Positions 1-9,449 of a stretch of 64,000 nucleotides of DNA are shown here, piece by piece. The DNA comes from Collinsella sp. (GTDB taxonomy: Bacteria; Actinomycetota; Coriobacteriia; Coriobacteriales; Coriobacteriaceae). Each line of letters starts with the position of its first letter. Position 1 is the first letter of the stretch. Position numbers and translations under genes: made by a program. The stretch spans positions 49,522 through 113,521 of the forward strand of contig JBKWEB010000002.1 of the NCBI GenBank assembly GCA_046976245.1, in the 5' to 3' direction. Below the pieces are notes generated by a model that was not told where the DNA came from, did not search any database, and saw only the letters and a program-made list of their open reading frames with translations.

Positions 1-366
1 GTAAAGCTCATCGCACTCAAAAACGCCCACGCGCTTGCCGCCACCGGCTCGCTTGAGGCCGCTGCGCGCTTCGAGCAGTGCGCCCACCACGCCCGGCTCC
101 ATGTTGTTGCCGGCGCGGTTGCATACCACGGTGGCGCCGCTGGCGGCAACGGCGTCGGCGATGAGGTTGGAGGTGGTGGTCTTGCCATTAGTACCCGTAA
201 TCACCACGCTGCGGTCGACAAGGCCAGCGAGGTCGCTCAGCAACTCGGGATCGATCTTCATGGCGATGCGGCCGGGGAGTACGCCGCCCTGGCGTTTGAG
301 GACAGAGCGCAGTCCCCAGCGAGCGATATCGCTCGAGGTACAGGCGAGAGATGAGCGGAGGTTCAT
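1..366 (-). CDS. murT: Mur ligase family protein, MurT-like (lipid II isoglutaminyl synthase subunit), N-terminal part; gene runs off the window
   Basis: Reverse translation from ATG at 366: MNLRSSLACTSSDIARWGL...PGRIAMKIDPELLSDLAGLVDRSVVITGTNGKTTTSNLIADAV. The GTNGKTTT P-loop and overall N-terminal layout match MurT-type Mur ligases. The listed + ORF 35..385 is its shadow. Confidence 0.7.
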   Translation of the reverse strand, partial: MNLRSSLACTSSDIARWGLRSVLKRQGGVLPGRIAMKIDPELLSDLAGLVDRSVVITGTNGKTTTSNLIADAVAASGATVVCNRAGNNMEPGVVGALLEARSGLKRAGGGKRVGVFECDELY

Positions 367-411
367 GAAACCGTTCCTAACGTAAACGACATGGTCGGGT
401 CGAGTGCGTCA

Positions 412-1455
412 CTAAAAACCGTAGCGGCGCGCAAATTCCTGGGCAAGCTGTGACACGTCTTCACAGGCATTGGCCCAGGGGGCAAAGTCGGGAGTGTCCG
501 AGATAATACCGTCCGCTTCCCAAACGGCCTGGTGCGAAAGATCCCAGGGATCGCGCGGCTCGGGCCGGCAGGGAAGGTACGGCGTCTGGTACATGGGGTT
601 CAGCAAGAAGAACGCGCCGCCCTCGCAACGGTTGGCAAACTCACGCAGCGCGCGTGTCGCCGGGCGCATCTTGTTCGTTTTGAACAATAGGATTGTGCGG
701 GCGAGCAGATACCAAGGAGAGTTCTCGAGCGCGTCAGCCCCGATCTCTTCCTCGAGTTGGTGGGCTAGGGCAAAAAAGCCGTCCTCGTCTTCCAGACGAG
801 CGAGGGCGAGCAACACGGTGCCTGCGGCTCGGGTGGGATAGCCTTCTGCTTTAAGGACGCGGCGGGCGTAGTTGGCGGCAGCACGGTAGCGAGCGCTCGC
901 CATACATAGCTGCGAGATGGCCTCGAGTGTATGAAGCCACCCGATAAGAGCCGGCTCGCTCACGGTAAGGTCTGCTGCAGTGACACCGTCGGCCAAAACA
1001 TTATTGGCCCAGTAGTGCGGGGCTTCTATGTCGAACCCGGGCACGCTTTGCTGCAGGTAATCGGCCGTGGTCGCCTCGAGCTTCATCAGGTCACCCAGGC
1101 AGGCGTCAACGGGCGTGTCGGCCAGGATGATGGCGAGCAGCTGCGCGTCGAGGACATACGCATCGACGCGGACGATCTTGAGCAACTCATCGCGCATATC
1201 GTCGAACAGGCGGTTGCGCGTCTGCTCAAACTCCTCGTCGCTGCCCATGTCCTCGATGCGATGGAGTTCGTCGAGCAGGTGGCGGTGGACGCCAGCATAG
1301 GACAATAGCGCCTGGGCATGCTCGGTCTGCGCATACTTATGAGGGTTGACGCTCACGTCGTTATGGACAAGCTCGCGTGCTGCATCGGTGAGTTCGGGGT
1401 GCGACGCCAGATAGGTGCGCTCCAGGTAGGCGGGGATGTAGACGCTCGGATCCAT
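412..1455 (-). CDS. hypothetical protein, helical-repeat (TPR-like) character
   Basis: 347-aa ORF. Its start overlaps the upstream stop as TAATG at 1453-1457, with GGAGGAGA just upstream. No motif recognised. Confidence 0.6.
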   Translation of the reverse strand: MDPSVYIPAYLERTYLASHPELTDAARELVHNDVSVNPHKYAQTEHAQALLSYAGVHRHLLDELHRIEDMGSDEEFEQTRNRLFDDMRDELLKIVRVDAYVLDAQLLAIILADTPVDACLGDLMKLEATTADYLQQSVPGFDIEAPHYWANNVLADGVTAADLTVSEPALIGWLHTLEAISQLCMASARYRAAANYARRVLKAEGYPTRAAGTVLLALARLEDEDGFFALAHQLEEEIGADALENSPWYLLARTILLFKTNKMRPATRALREFANRCEGGAFFLLNPMYQTPYLPCRPEPRDPWDLSHQAVWEADGIISDTPDFAPWANACEDVSQLAQEFARRYGF

Positions 1456-2531
1456 TAGAGGTCTCCTCCCTTAAACGGCAAACCCTGCTCGGCCGCCCGC
1501 AGTATGCGCTCATCGATTTGGGAACGCACGATATCGTTGGTGGCGACCCAGGCGGCAAAACTGGCGTTGTCGGGGGCGCCCAGGCCCTCCTGCAGTACCG
1601 GCGTCGCCTCGGACAGCGCAAGGACAAGTTCGTCGGTGGAGCCCACACCCACGTTGACGCGGGCATAGACGCCATCGGGAAACTCGGTTTGGAAGTAGAG
1701 TGCCTCGGCTGCGTGCGGACACGAGCGCGCAAGGATGCGCAAATAGTGCTCGGCGCCCTCGTAGTCCAGCTCGCGCCAGGCAGCGCTCATCAGCGCGATG
1801 AGCGTCCACGGGTCCAAGTCGCGCTCCGCATCCTTGGGACGACGGCGCAGCGGCGTGTTGGCGAGATAGGGGACGGAGTGGGCAGAGCGAAAGCGCTTGA
1901 GCTCCTCGGCGGGGTATTCGAGCTTTGCCATGGCGAGCATCGCGGTGTGGCGGACACCAGCGGGGTCGTTGGGCGCAAAGTCGAGGCTGCGGTTTGCGGC
2001 TTCGAGCGACATGCGATAGCGGCCGCTAATGAGCGCGCGTGACGCAAGGGCGGCAAGCCAGCGCAGATAGGGGCGGCGCGTAAGGTCGCCTGCGGCCTCA
2101 CGCTCGTAGGGGTCCTGCGCCGAGGCGATTTTGAGCGCCAGGTCATGCTCCACCTCGTCGCACTTGGACACCAGATACTGCACGTATTCCTCGTTGGATT
2201 CGGCGGTGAGCGCCGTCAGCATGCGCTGGGCATCCCGGTTGGCCGGGTCGAGCGCGGCTGCCTCGCGGAGCATGTTCTCGGCAGCTGCCTCTTCCTGCTC
2301 TGCCTGGGTATCGTCAGGGATAAAGGGAATGCGGTAGTCGACAGCCTCGACCACCTTGGCAATGAGGTGCCCGGCGCGGTCGCGGTCGTGCACGATGAGC
2401 GGTGCGGGGTTGCGGGTGAATTGTTCCATCAGATGCTCTACGGCGGCAGCGTCGGTGAGCGGGATATTGTCGCGGCGCAAGGCCTCAAGAACGAGCCGAT
2501 GGCAATCCTCTTGAATGGGATCGAATGCCAT
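1455..2531 (-). CDS. hypothetical protein, architecture similar to the downstream 412..1455 product
   Basis: ORF 1455..2561. Preferred start is the ATG at 2531 (MAFDPIQ...), preceded by AAAGGAGG. No catalytic motif recognised. Confidence 0.6.
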   Translation of the reverse strand: MAFDPIQEDCHRLVLEALRRDNIPLTDAAAVEHLMEQFTRNPAPLIVHDRDRAGHLIAKVVEAVDYRIPFIPDDTQAEQEEAAAENMLREAAALDPANRDAQRMLTALTAESNEEYVQYLVSKCDEVEHDLALKIASAQDPYEREAAGDLTRRPYLRWLAALASRALISGRYRMSLEAANRSLDFAPNDPAGVRHTAMLAMAKLEYPAEELKRFRSAHSVPYLANTPLRRRPKDAERDLDPWTLIALMSAAWRELDYEGAEHYLRILARSCPHAAEALYFQTEFPDGVYARVNVGVGSTDELVLALSEATPVLQEGLGAPDNASFAAWVATNDIVRSQIDERILRAAEQGLPFKGGDL

Positions 2532-3031
2532 GGGGCCTCCTTTGCTGCGGTTAGGGTTCAAATGTTTCTATATAAGATTCTAGTTTACCCGCATGTGGCA
2601 CACCGGGGGTGCCGCACTTGGACTTGCACCTTTGCACCACGAAGACGGATGTCGCACAAATGTCGGCACCTTGGACGACCGAGTGGTATTACGGTGCCGC
2701 AAACGGTCGATTTTTGGCGGCGAACGGTGCATATTTTGGAGGGGCACCGTCCTGCCCGGGATATGTAGTCAACCTTGATAAAACGTTTGCCCAGCTTGGG
2801 AGTATGAATGCCGCACAAGGGTCTTCAGGGATAGAAAAAACGTTTCATCATTGGCGGCTTTAGGTGAATAACTGACCAACCAGAACGGTAAAATAGTATT
2901 TGTTTGAGCGTTGAGACGTTTAGACATCGCGCATTGTCATCGCCGGCAACGCGCAAACCGGTCCTAACGGAGCCAATTGGGTGCTCCGTTATATACGCAA
3001 GTCTAAGAGGGGCTTGTTTAGGAGGCACAGT

Positions 3032-4255
3032 ATGGGACGTTTTACCAATCCTCGCGATCTGTACTTTGGTGAGGGCGCTCGCCACGAGGTGAAGAACCTC
3101 AAGGGTAAGAAGGCCATCATCGTTTCTGGCGGCAGCTCTATGCGCCGCGGCGGGTTCCTGCAGGACGTTGAGGCCGACCTCAAAGAGGCCGGCATGGAGG
3201 TCAAGCTGTTCGAGGGCGTCGAGTCCGATCCCTCCATCGAGACCGTCATGAAGGGCGCAGCCGCTATGCGCGACTTCGAGCCCGACTGGATCGTTGCTAT
3301 CGGTGGCGGTTCGCCCATCGATGCTGCTAAGGCCATGTGGGTCTTCTACGAGTATCCCGAGGAGTCCTTCGATAACATCATCCAGCCGTTCAGCTTCCCC
3401 GAGCTGCGTCAGAAGGCTCACTTCTGCGCCATTTCTTCTACCTCCGGCACTGCTACCGAGGTCACCGCATTCTCCGTCATCACGGATTACGAAAAGGGCA
3501 TCAAGTACCCGCTGGCCGACTTCAACATCACCCCTGATGTCGCCATCGTCGACCCCGAGCTCACCTACACCATGCCCGCCAAGCTGTGCGCTCATACCGG
3601 CATGGACGCTCTGACCCACTGCATGGAGGCCTACGTTTCCACCTGCGCCTCTATGTTCACCGACGCCAACGCTCTGCACGGCATCCGCGAGATCGTCGAG
3701 TGGCTGCCCAAGTCCTATGCTGGCGACCATGAGGCCCGTCAGCACATGCACGAGGCTCAGTGCATCGCCGGTATCGCCTTCTCCTCGGGCCTGCTCGGCA
3801 TCGTTCACTCCATGGCTCACAAGACCGGTGCTGCCTTCGAGAACGGCCACATCATCCACGGTGCCGCTAACGCCATGTACCTGGGCAAGGTCATCCAGTG
3901 GAACTCCAAGGATCCCCGTGCTGCCGAGCGTTACGCTTACGTGGCCAAGGAGATCCTGCACCTTCCCGGCGAGACCAACGAGGAGCTCATCGCTGCGCTC
4001 GTCCAGAAGATCCGCGACCTCAACGACCAGCTCAACATTCCGCAGTCCATCAAGGATTACGCGAATGGTGGCGTGAAGGTCGACGCCGAGAACCCGCAGA
4101 TGGTTTCCGAGGAGGAGTTCCTCGCCAAGCTGCCCGAGATTGCCGCGAACGCCGAGCAGGACGCCTGCACGCCCGAGAACCCGCGTGAGACCAAGGCTGC
4201 CGACTTCGAGAAGATCCTCAAGGCCTGCTACTACGACACCGACATCGATTTCTAA
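3032..4255 (+). CDS. iron-containing (group III) alcohol dehydrogenase
   Basis: AGGAGG 8 nt before the ATG at 3032. Typical Fe-ADH blocks: GGGSPIDAAKAMW, AISSTSGTATEVT, HSMAHKTGAAF. Confidence 0.85.
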   Translation: MGRFTNPRDLYFGEGARHEVKNLKGKKAIIVSGGSSMRRGGFLQDVEADLKEAGMEVKLFEGVESDPSIETVMKGAAAMRDFEPDWIVAIGGGSPIDAAKAMWVFYEYPEESFDNIIQPFSFPELRQKAHFCAISSTSGTATEVTAFSVITDYEKGIKYPLADFNITPDVAIVDPELTYTMPAKLCAHTGMDALTHCMEAYVSTCASMFTDANALHGIREIVEWLPKSYAGDHEARQHMHEAQCIAGIAFSSGLLGIVHSMAHKTGAAFENGHIIHGAANAMYLGKVIQWNSKDPRAAERYAYVAKEILHLPGETNEELIAALVQKIRDLNDQLNIPQSIKDYANGGVKVDAENPQMVSEEEFLAKLPEIAANAEQDACTPENPRETKAADFEKILKACYYDTDIDF

Positions 4256-4276
4256 TCGACTCTCGCTGTCTTGCAA

Positions 4277-4310
4277 GGGGTCTCGTGCTCTATGCACGAG
4301 GCCCCTTTTT
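4277..4310 (+). terminator. rho-independent terminator after the Fe-ADH gene
   Basis: GGGGTCTCGTGC / GCACGAGGCCCC stem (one G-U pair), 5-nt loop, then TTTTT. Confidence 0.75.
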
Positions 4311-4375
4311 GCTATGGTGCAAAGGGGTCAGGTTGCTTTGCACCAATCGTTGTTTGATGAAGGGCGGATTCTCGT

Positions 4376-5443
4376 ATGGCGCTTCCCATGGTTTATGGCG
4401 GTCCTGGCCGGTATGTTCAGGGGCCGGGCGAACTTTCGCGTCAGGGCAGGTATTTGTCATGGTTGGGCTGCGCTGCCTATGTCTTGTTTGACCAGGGCAC
4501 CGAGGATCGGCTGTGCAAGCAGATCGTCGATGGATTTCTGGACGAAGACCTAAGCGAGCCATTCTTTAAGATCTATAACGGTCCGTGTACGGAAGAAGCC
4601 GTTGTAAAAATGGCTAAGGAAGCCCAGGCCGAGTATTGCGACATGGTGGTGGGTATTGGCGGCGGCAAGATGCTGGATATCGCCAAGGCCGTTGCGTTTT
4701 ATGCCGAGTTGCCGTTGTGCGTATGCCCCACGGCGGCGTCGATGGACGGTCCGTGCAGTGCGATTTCGGTGCTGTATCACGAGGATGGGTCGTTCGACCG
4801 CTACCTGATGCTCGAGAAGAATCCAGATCTGGTCGTGGTCGATACCAACGTGGTCGCGGCGGCCCCGCTGCGTATGACGGTCGCTGGCATGGGCGACGCA
4901 CTGGCAACGTACTTCGAGGCGCGTTCGTGCGCCGCGGCGCACGGCACCAACGAACACGGTGGCGCGCCGGGGCACTTGGCTCTGGTCGCGGCTCGCGCCT
5001 GCTACGACACGCTTATGGAGTGCGGCGTCGCTGCCAAGCGCGATCTCAAGAAGGGGCGTATATCGCCGGCGGTTGAGCGTCTGATCGAGTGCAATATTCT
5101 GCTCTCGGGCGTCGGCTTTGAGAGCGGTGGCTTGGCGTTGGCACATGCCATCGCCAACGGTCTGACGATTCTGCCCGAGTGCAGGGCGATGCATGGCGAG
5201 GCCGTGGCATTTGGTCTGGTGGTGCAGCTGCGCCTGGAGCGTGCGCCCGAGCTTGAACAGGTGCTCGAGTTTTGCCAGCGCGTTGGTCTGCCGACGACGC
5301 TCGAGGAGCTGGGCCTTGGCGAGATTTCCGATGCCGATCTGCAGGGTGTTGCAAATGCGGTCTTTAGAAACGAGCGTAATATGGCCAACGAGCAGGCCAA
5401 GGTGACCAAACAAAAGCTCGTGCAGCTCATGTGCGAGGCATAG
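4376..5443 (+). CDS. glycerol dehydrogenase-like iron-containing ADH family protein
   Basis: 355 aa. GIGGGKMLDIAKAVA glycine-rich motif, DGPCSAISVLY, and metal-ligand-type blocks GMGDALATYFEA, LAHAIANGL and HGEAVAFG, as in GldA-type enzymes. Confidence 0.75.
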   Translation: MALPMVYGGPGRYVQGPGELSRQGRYLSWLGCAAYVLFDQGTEDRLCKQIVDGFLDEDLSEPFFKIYNGPCTEEAVVKMAKEAQAEYCDMVVGIGGGKMLDIAKAVAFYAELPLCVCPTAASMDGPCSAISVLYHEDGSFDRYLMLEKNPDLVVVDTNVVAAAPLRMTVAGMGDALATYFEARSCAAAHGTNEHGGAPGHLALVAARACYDTLMECGVAAKRDLKKGRISPAVERLIECNILLSGVGFESGGLALAHAIANGLTILPECRAMHGEAVAFGLVVQLRLERAPELEQVLEFCQRVGLPTTLEELGLGEISDADLQGVANAVFRNERNMANEQAKVTKQKLVQLMCEA

Positions 5444-5594
5444 TTTGGCGCTTGATTGACCTTGTGCAATCGAGGCGGCGATAGGCCATGGGCTATTTGC
5501 CGTAAAGATGCTCTGCGTGTAATTTGCCCGAGGCGTGGGCCGATGGCGTATCATTATCTCTTGCTTGTTTGCACTGCTCAGGGAGGGGCCGCGC

Positions 5595-6848
5595 ATGGCG
5601 CAGGAACACGATCTGTTTGATGACATTATCGAGATCAGCAAGGGTTTCGACTTTCTTAAAAACCCGCTTGGCGGTGTGACCGATGCACTCGATCCGTCGG
5701 CGCCTCAATGGAATCCTGCTGACTACAAGGAGCGCCCGCGCGGCAACACCATTCCGTGCCTGACCTGCAAAAACGAAAAGAGCGGCTGCACCGCGTGCAT
5801 GGACGTGTGCCCGGTCAACGCTATCGAGGTCGAGGAAGACTCCATCGAGATCCTCGACTCCTGTCGCAAGTGCGGCCTGTGCGCCGCTGCCTGTCCGACC
5901 GAGGCAATCATCTCGCCGCGCCTGGCGCCCAAAAACGTCTACGACGACATTGTCTCGGCGGCTACGAGCCACGAGACCGCCTACGTCACCTGCACGCGTG
6001 CCCTTAAGCGCATGCCGCGCGAGAACGAAGTCGTCGTTGCCTGCGTGGGCGATATTACGGCCGAGACCTGGTTCTCGGTACTGGCAGACTATCCCAACGT
6101 GAGTGTGTACCTGCCGTTGGGCGTGTGCGATAAGTGTCGCAACACCGGCGGTGAGGACATTCTGGGCGAGGCGATTGCGAAGGCCGAGGAGTGGTCCGGC
6201 ACGGGCATGGGCCTGGAGGTCGACCCCAAGAGCCTCAAGTGCCATAAGCGCCGCGAGTACGAGCGCAAGGAGTACATGGATAAGATTGCCCGCACCACGG
6301 GCCTAACCGTGACTAAGCTCAACCCGGCGACGGCGGCACTGGCCTCGGTGACGCAGAAGCTCAAAGCCCATCGCCATCAGATTACCCAGCTGGAGCGCAC
6401 GCTCAACACCATGTGCGGCACCACGACGACCAAGCGTCGCCGTTCGCTCACGCACGGGCGGCAGCTGGTGCTCTCGACGCTGCAAAACCACCCCGAGCTT
6501 GCCCAGAACATGCAGGTGAGCACGCCGGAGTGCGATTTTGACAAGTGCACGTCGTGCGGCGAGTGCGTCAATGTATGTCCCACGTTCGCCTGCGATTTGG
6601 TGGGAAGCGGCCGCTTTGCGTTGGAGTCCACGTATTGTTTGGGCTGCGGTGCCTGCGTCAAGGTGTGCCCCGAGCATGCGCTCAAGTTAGTTGAGCACGA
6701 CGCGTCCAATCTGGTCGTCGTCGATCCCGAAGCCGAGGAAAAGGCCGCCCAGAAGGCTAAGGCCCACGAAGAAGCCCAGAAGGTCAAGGCCGAGGCAAAG
6801 GCCAAGCTTGACAAGATGCTCGACCAGGTGGAAAAGCTCGCGGACTAG
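5595..6848 (+). CDS. 4Fe-4S dicluster domain-containing protein with Lys/Glu/Ala-rich C-terminal tail
   Basis: GGGAGG before the ATG at 5595. Cys clusters CTACMDVCP, CRKCGLCAAACP, CTSCGECVNVCP and CLGCGACVKVCP. C-terminus EEKAAQKAKAHEEAQKVKAEAKAKL. Confidence 0.75.
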   Translation: MAQEHDLFDDIIEISKGFDFLKNPLGGVTDALDPSAPQWNPADYKERPRGNTIPCLTCKNEKSGCTACMDVCPVNAIEVEEDSIEILDSCRKCGLCAAACPTEAIISPRLAPKNVYDDIVSAATSHETAYVTCTRALKRMPRENEVVVACVGDITAETWFSVLADYPNVSVYLPLGVCDKCRNTGGEDILGEAIAKAEEWSGTGMGLEVDPKSLKCHKRREYERKEYMDKIARTTGLTVTKLNPATAALASVTQKLKAHRHQITQLERTLNTMCGTTTTKRRRSLTHGRQLVLSTLQNHPELAQNMQVSTPECDFDKCTSCGECVNVCPTFACDLVGSGRFALESTYCLGCGACVKVCPEHALKLVEHDASNLVVVDPEAEEKAAQKAKAHEEAQKVKAEAKAKLDKMLDQVEKLAD

Positions 6849-6962
6849 TCAGCGACCTCTATCTCTGCTTCATTCGTGCCGCCGTGGCGTCCGGGTTCGC
6901 CCAGATGCTGCGGCGGCGCTATACTTATGCAGTTTGAAATGCTTGTACCAAAAGGAGCTGTC

Positions 6963-8039
6963 GTGTCCCTTTCCATCGGTATCGTGGGCCTGCCCAATGT
7001 GGGCAAGTCGACGCTGTTCACCGCGCTTACCAAAAAGACCGGCCTTGCCGCCAACTACCCGTTTGCCACGATCGACCCCAACGTGGGTATCGTCGATGTG
7101 CCCGATAGCCGCCTGCAAAAGCTCGCCGACATCGTCAACCCGGGCCGCATTGTGCCGGCGACGGTCGAGTTCGTCGACATCGCAGGTCTGGTGAAGGGCG
7201 CTAACGAGGGCGAGGGTCTGGGCAACCAGTTCCTGGCCAACATTCGCGAGACCGATGCCATCTGCGAGGTCGTGCGCTACTTTAAGGACCCCAACGTTAT
7301 GCGCGAGGTGGGCCGCACGGGCGAGTTCGTCGACCCCGCCGGTGACGCCGACACCATCATGACCGAGCTCATCCTGGCCGACATGGGTACGCTCGAGAAG
7401 CAACTGCCCAAGCTCGAGAAGGAGGCCAAGCGCGACAAGGAGCTCATGCCCAAGTTCGAGGTCGCCAAGCGCCTACTCGCCTGGCTCAACGAGGGCAAGC
7501 GCGCCGCGTCCATGGAGATGACCGACGAGGAACGCGCCGCTGCCAAGGGCCTGTTCCTGCTCACCATGAAGCCCATCCTGTATGTGGCCAACGTAGACGA
7601 GGACATGCTCAACGAGGACCTGGCGCCCATCGATGGCGTCAAGCCGCTGCCCATCTGCGCCAAGATTGAGGCCGAGCTTTCCGAGCTCGATCCCGAGGAT
7701 GCGGCCGACTATCTGGAGAGCTTGGGCCTGGAGCAGCCCGGCCTGGACGTGCTCGCGCAGGCCGCCTACAAGCTGCTTGGCTTGCAGTCGTTCTTTACGG
7801 CTGGCGAGATGGAGGTCAAGGCCTGGACGGTGCGTCAGGGCGCGACCGCCCCGCAGGCCGCCGGTGTCATCCACACCGACTTTGAGCGCGGCTTTATTAA
7901 GGCCGAGGTTATCGGCTATGACGACTACATCGAGCTCGGCGGCGAGCAGGGCGCCAAGGCTGCCGGCAAGCTGCGCATCGAGGGCAAGGACTATGTCATG
8001 GCCGATGGCGACGTCGTGCACTTCCGCTTTAACGTGTAA
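6963..8039 (+). CDS. ychF: redox-regulated ribosome-binding ATPase YchF
   Basis: GTG at 6963 after [22 protein letters not shown]-loop, [10 protein letters not shown]-terminal TGS-like [10 protein letters not shown]. Confidence 0.9.
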   Translation: MSLSIGIVGLPNVGKSTLFTALTKKTGLAANYPFATIDPNVGIVDVPDSRLQKLADIVNPGRIVPATVEFVDIAGLVKGANEGEGLGNQFLANIRETDAICEVVRYFKDPNVMREVGRTGEFVDPAGDADTIMTELILADMGTLEKQLPKLEKEAKRDKELMPKFEVAKRLLAWLNEGKRAASMEMTDEERAAAKGLFLLTMKPILYVANVDEDMLNEDLAPIDGVKPLPICAKIEAELSELDPEDAADYLESLGLEQPGLDVLAQAAYKLLGLQSFFTAGEMEVKAWTVRQGATAPQAAGVIHTDFERGFIKAEVIGYDDYIELGGEQGAKAAGKLRIEGKDYVMADGDVVHFRFNV

Positions 8040-8050
8040 GGGCGACGTGC

Positions 8051-8434
8051 ATGTTCAAATATGGCAAAAAAGCTGGCTACATGGGCATCGCGCTGCTGGT
8101 GCTTGCGGTGCTTCCGCTGGCGGTCGCAGCGTTTGTAATCCCCAACATTGGTCCCGAGGTGGCAACGAAGTTTAATGCCGCCGGCGAGGCGACGCGCTGG
8201 GGCAAGAGCTACGAGCTGCTGGCGCTTCCGGTGCTCAACCTGCTGTTGAGCGTGGCGACGTACTTTACGGCGGGACGCCAGGCAAAGAACAATGAGGACT
8301 CCGCCGCCATGGCGCGCATCGTGTGCGAGCGCTACCTGCGAAACGGTTGCATCACGGGTGTGTTTCTCAACGTAATCAACGTCTACTTTATGTATTCGGC
8401 GATTACCGGTACGGGTTTTGGCCTTGGTTTCTAG
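8051..8434 (+). CDS. small integral membrane protein (DUF1648/SdpI-like layout)
   Basis: 127 aa with an N-terminal TM segment followed by two further hydrophobic segments. Family assignment is from memory only. Confidence 0.5.
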   Translation: MFKYGKKAGYMGIALLVLAVLPLAVAAFVIPNIGPEVATKFNAAGEATRWGKSYELLALPVLNLLLSVATYFTAGRQAKNNEDSAAMARIVCERYLRNGCITGVFLNVINVYFMYSAITGTGFGLGF

Positions 8435-8443
8435 CTTGTTCTT

Positions 8444-8833
8444 TTAGGCAACGAGCCTGCACATATATTCAATGGCTGCTGCGAGGCCGCCGCTCGATCG
8501 TGGTTTAAAGACCATGTCGGCGGCGGCCTCGTTTTCGTATCCGGCGCCGCGAAGGCAGAGCGCGATACCGGCTTCCAAGAGAAGGGGCAGGCCACGCTGG
8601 CTTGTTGCAATTACTACGGCCTGGTCAAGGGTGCAGCCGTGCGTTCGGCATTGGATGGCAAGTTCACCTTTCGCCGGGCAAGGGACCAGAACGGCGACGA
8701 CGCGACTTGATAGCAATGCAAATGCTGTGCGCTCATCGGGCGAAAGGCATGCAGCTTCAACGACGACGAGCTTGGGCGGCGCGCTGTTTGTGCGAAGCGT
8801 GGCTCGGTACATGCGGACCGAAGAACTCGACAT
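8444..8833 (-). CDS. hypothetical protein; C-terminal half resembles a degenerate HAD-hydrolase core lacking catalytic Asp motifs
   Basis: Preferred ATG at 8833 with AGGAG 6 nt upstream (the ORF track starts at a TTG at 8857). The segment LDQAVVIATSQRGLPLLLEAGIALCLRGAGYE resembles HAD motif III/IV regions, but the acidic residues are replaced. Confidence 0.4.
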   Translation of the reverse strand: MSSSSVRMYRATLRTNSAPPKLVVVEAACLSPDERTAFALLSSRVVAVLVPCPAKGELAIQCRTHGCTLDQAVVIATSQRGLPLLLEAGIALCLRGAGYENEAAADMVFKPRSSGGLAAAIEYMCRLVA

Positions 8834-8856
8834 AGAAAACTCCTGTGTATTCGGCA

Positions 8857-8880
8857 AAACGTAAACTATAGTTTACGTTT
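8857..8880. promoter_or_regulatory. perfect 24-bp palindrome (probable operator, with embedded TATAGT -10-like boxes on both strands) between divergent genes
   Basis: AAACGTAAACTATAGTTTACGTTT is its own reverse complement. It lies between the 8833 (-) and 8910 (+) starts. Confidence 0.6.
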
Positions 8881-8909
8881 ATGTTCGACTCCATTTCAAA
8901 CTCGGCTGC

Positions 8910-9128
8910 ATGGACGAACGTGCGAAACAGATTCTTGGCAGGCGGGTCGAAGAGACACGCAGGGACCTTGGTATCTCCAAGGTTGATTTTTGTGTGGCGA
9001 CAGGAATCAGCCGACCCTACCTCGACCGAATCGAAGATGGGACGGCAAATTTCACGCTCAAGGTTCTATTTAAGATCGCGCCCGCACTCGGCATGACGGT
9101 GTCAGAGCTTCTCGAGGGTATCGGATAG
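8910..9128 (+). CDS. XRE-family helix-turn-helix transcriptional regulator
   Basis: 72 aa. LGISKVDFCVATGISRPYLDRIEDG is a classic Cro/C1 HTH. Confidence 0.8.
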   Translation: MDERAKQILGRRVEETRRDLGISKVDFCVATGISRPYLDRIEDGTANFTLKVLFKIAPALGMTVSELLEGIG

Positions 9129-9449
9129 GGCGTTCCCCCGCTGTATTTGACGCTCTTTGGGCGGGTCCCCCTGGTTGCGATGTGCAAAATCGCGAGTATT
9201 CAGCACCAGTTCGGCCGTAGATGGTAGCTCGAGCGGCTGGCTTTGCCTTTTTGACAGTAGATAATCCACACGCTAAATAAAAATGAGGAATAAATATTTA
9301 CCAGACGGCACCTTCGTCCTAAAAGTTCGTCTAACAATTGGCCGATTCTATGCCTCTGGCGGAGAAATTGCAGAATACTCCGTTTTTTGCACGGCCCGAG
9401 GGGGACCACCTGTCGTTTAAGGCTGCGATAAGTGGAGCTGCCTTAGGGA

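Noticed and set aside
35-385. 116-aa + strand ORF at the window start
   Set aside because: Pro/Arg/Ser-rich translation. The opposite strand encodes a MurT-like N-terminus with a GTNGKTTT P-loop.
2825-4297. 490-aa ORF antisense to the Fe-ADH gene. Similar long antisense ORFs occur at 10687-12078 (guaA), 32875-34494 (ABC), 37172-38731, 45311-46693 (patB), 47533-49197 (kinase) and 60225-61814 (prfC)
   Set aside because: Each lies opposite a gene with clear family motifs and a good RBS and start. All are compositionally biased GC-shadow frames.
9262-9420. DnaA-box-like TAATCCACA (9262-9270) and a 45-codon ORF (9283-9420, MRNKYLPDGTFVLKV...) in an AT-rich patch downstream of the XRE gene
   Set aside because: This is a single 8/9 match to the DnaA box with no cluster and no dnaA/dnaN context. 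The mini-ORF has no recognisable RBS and I recall no homologous family. It may deserve a tblastn, but it is not supportable as a feature.
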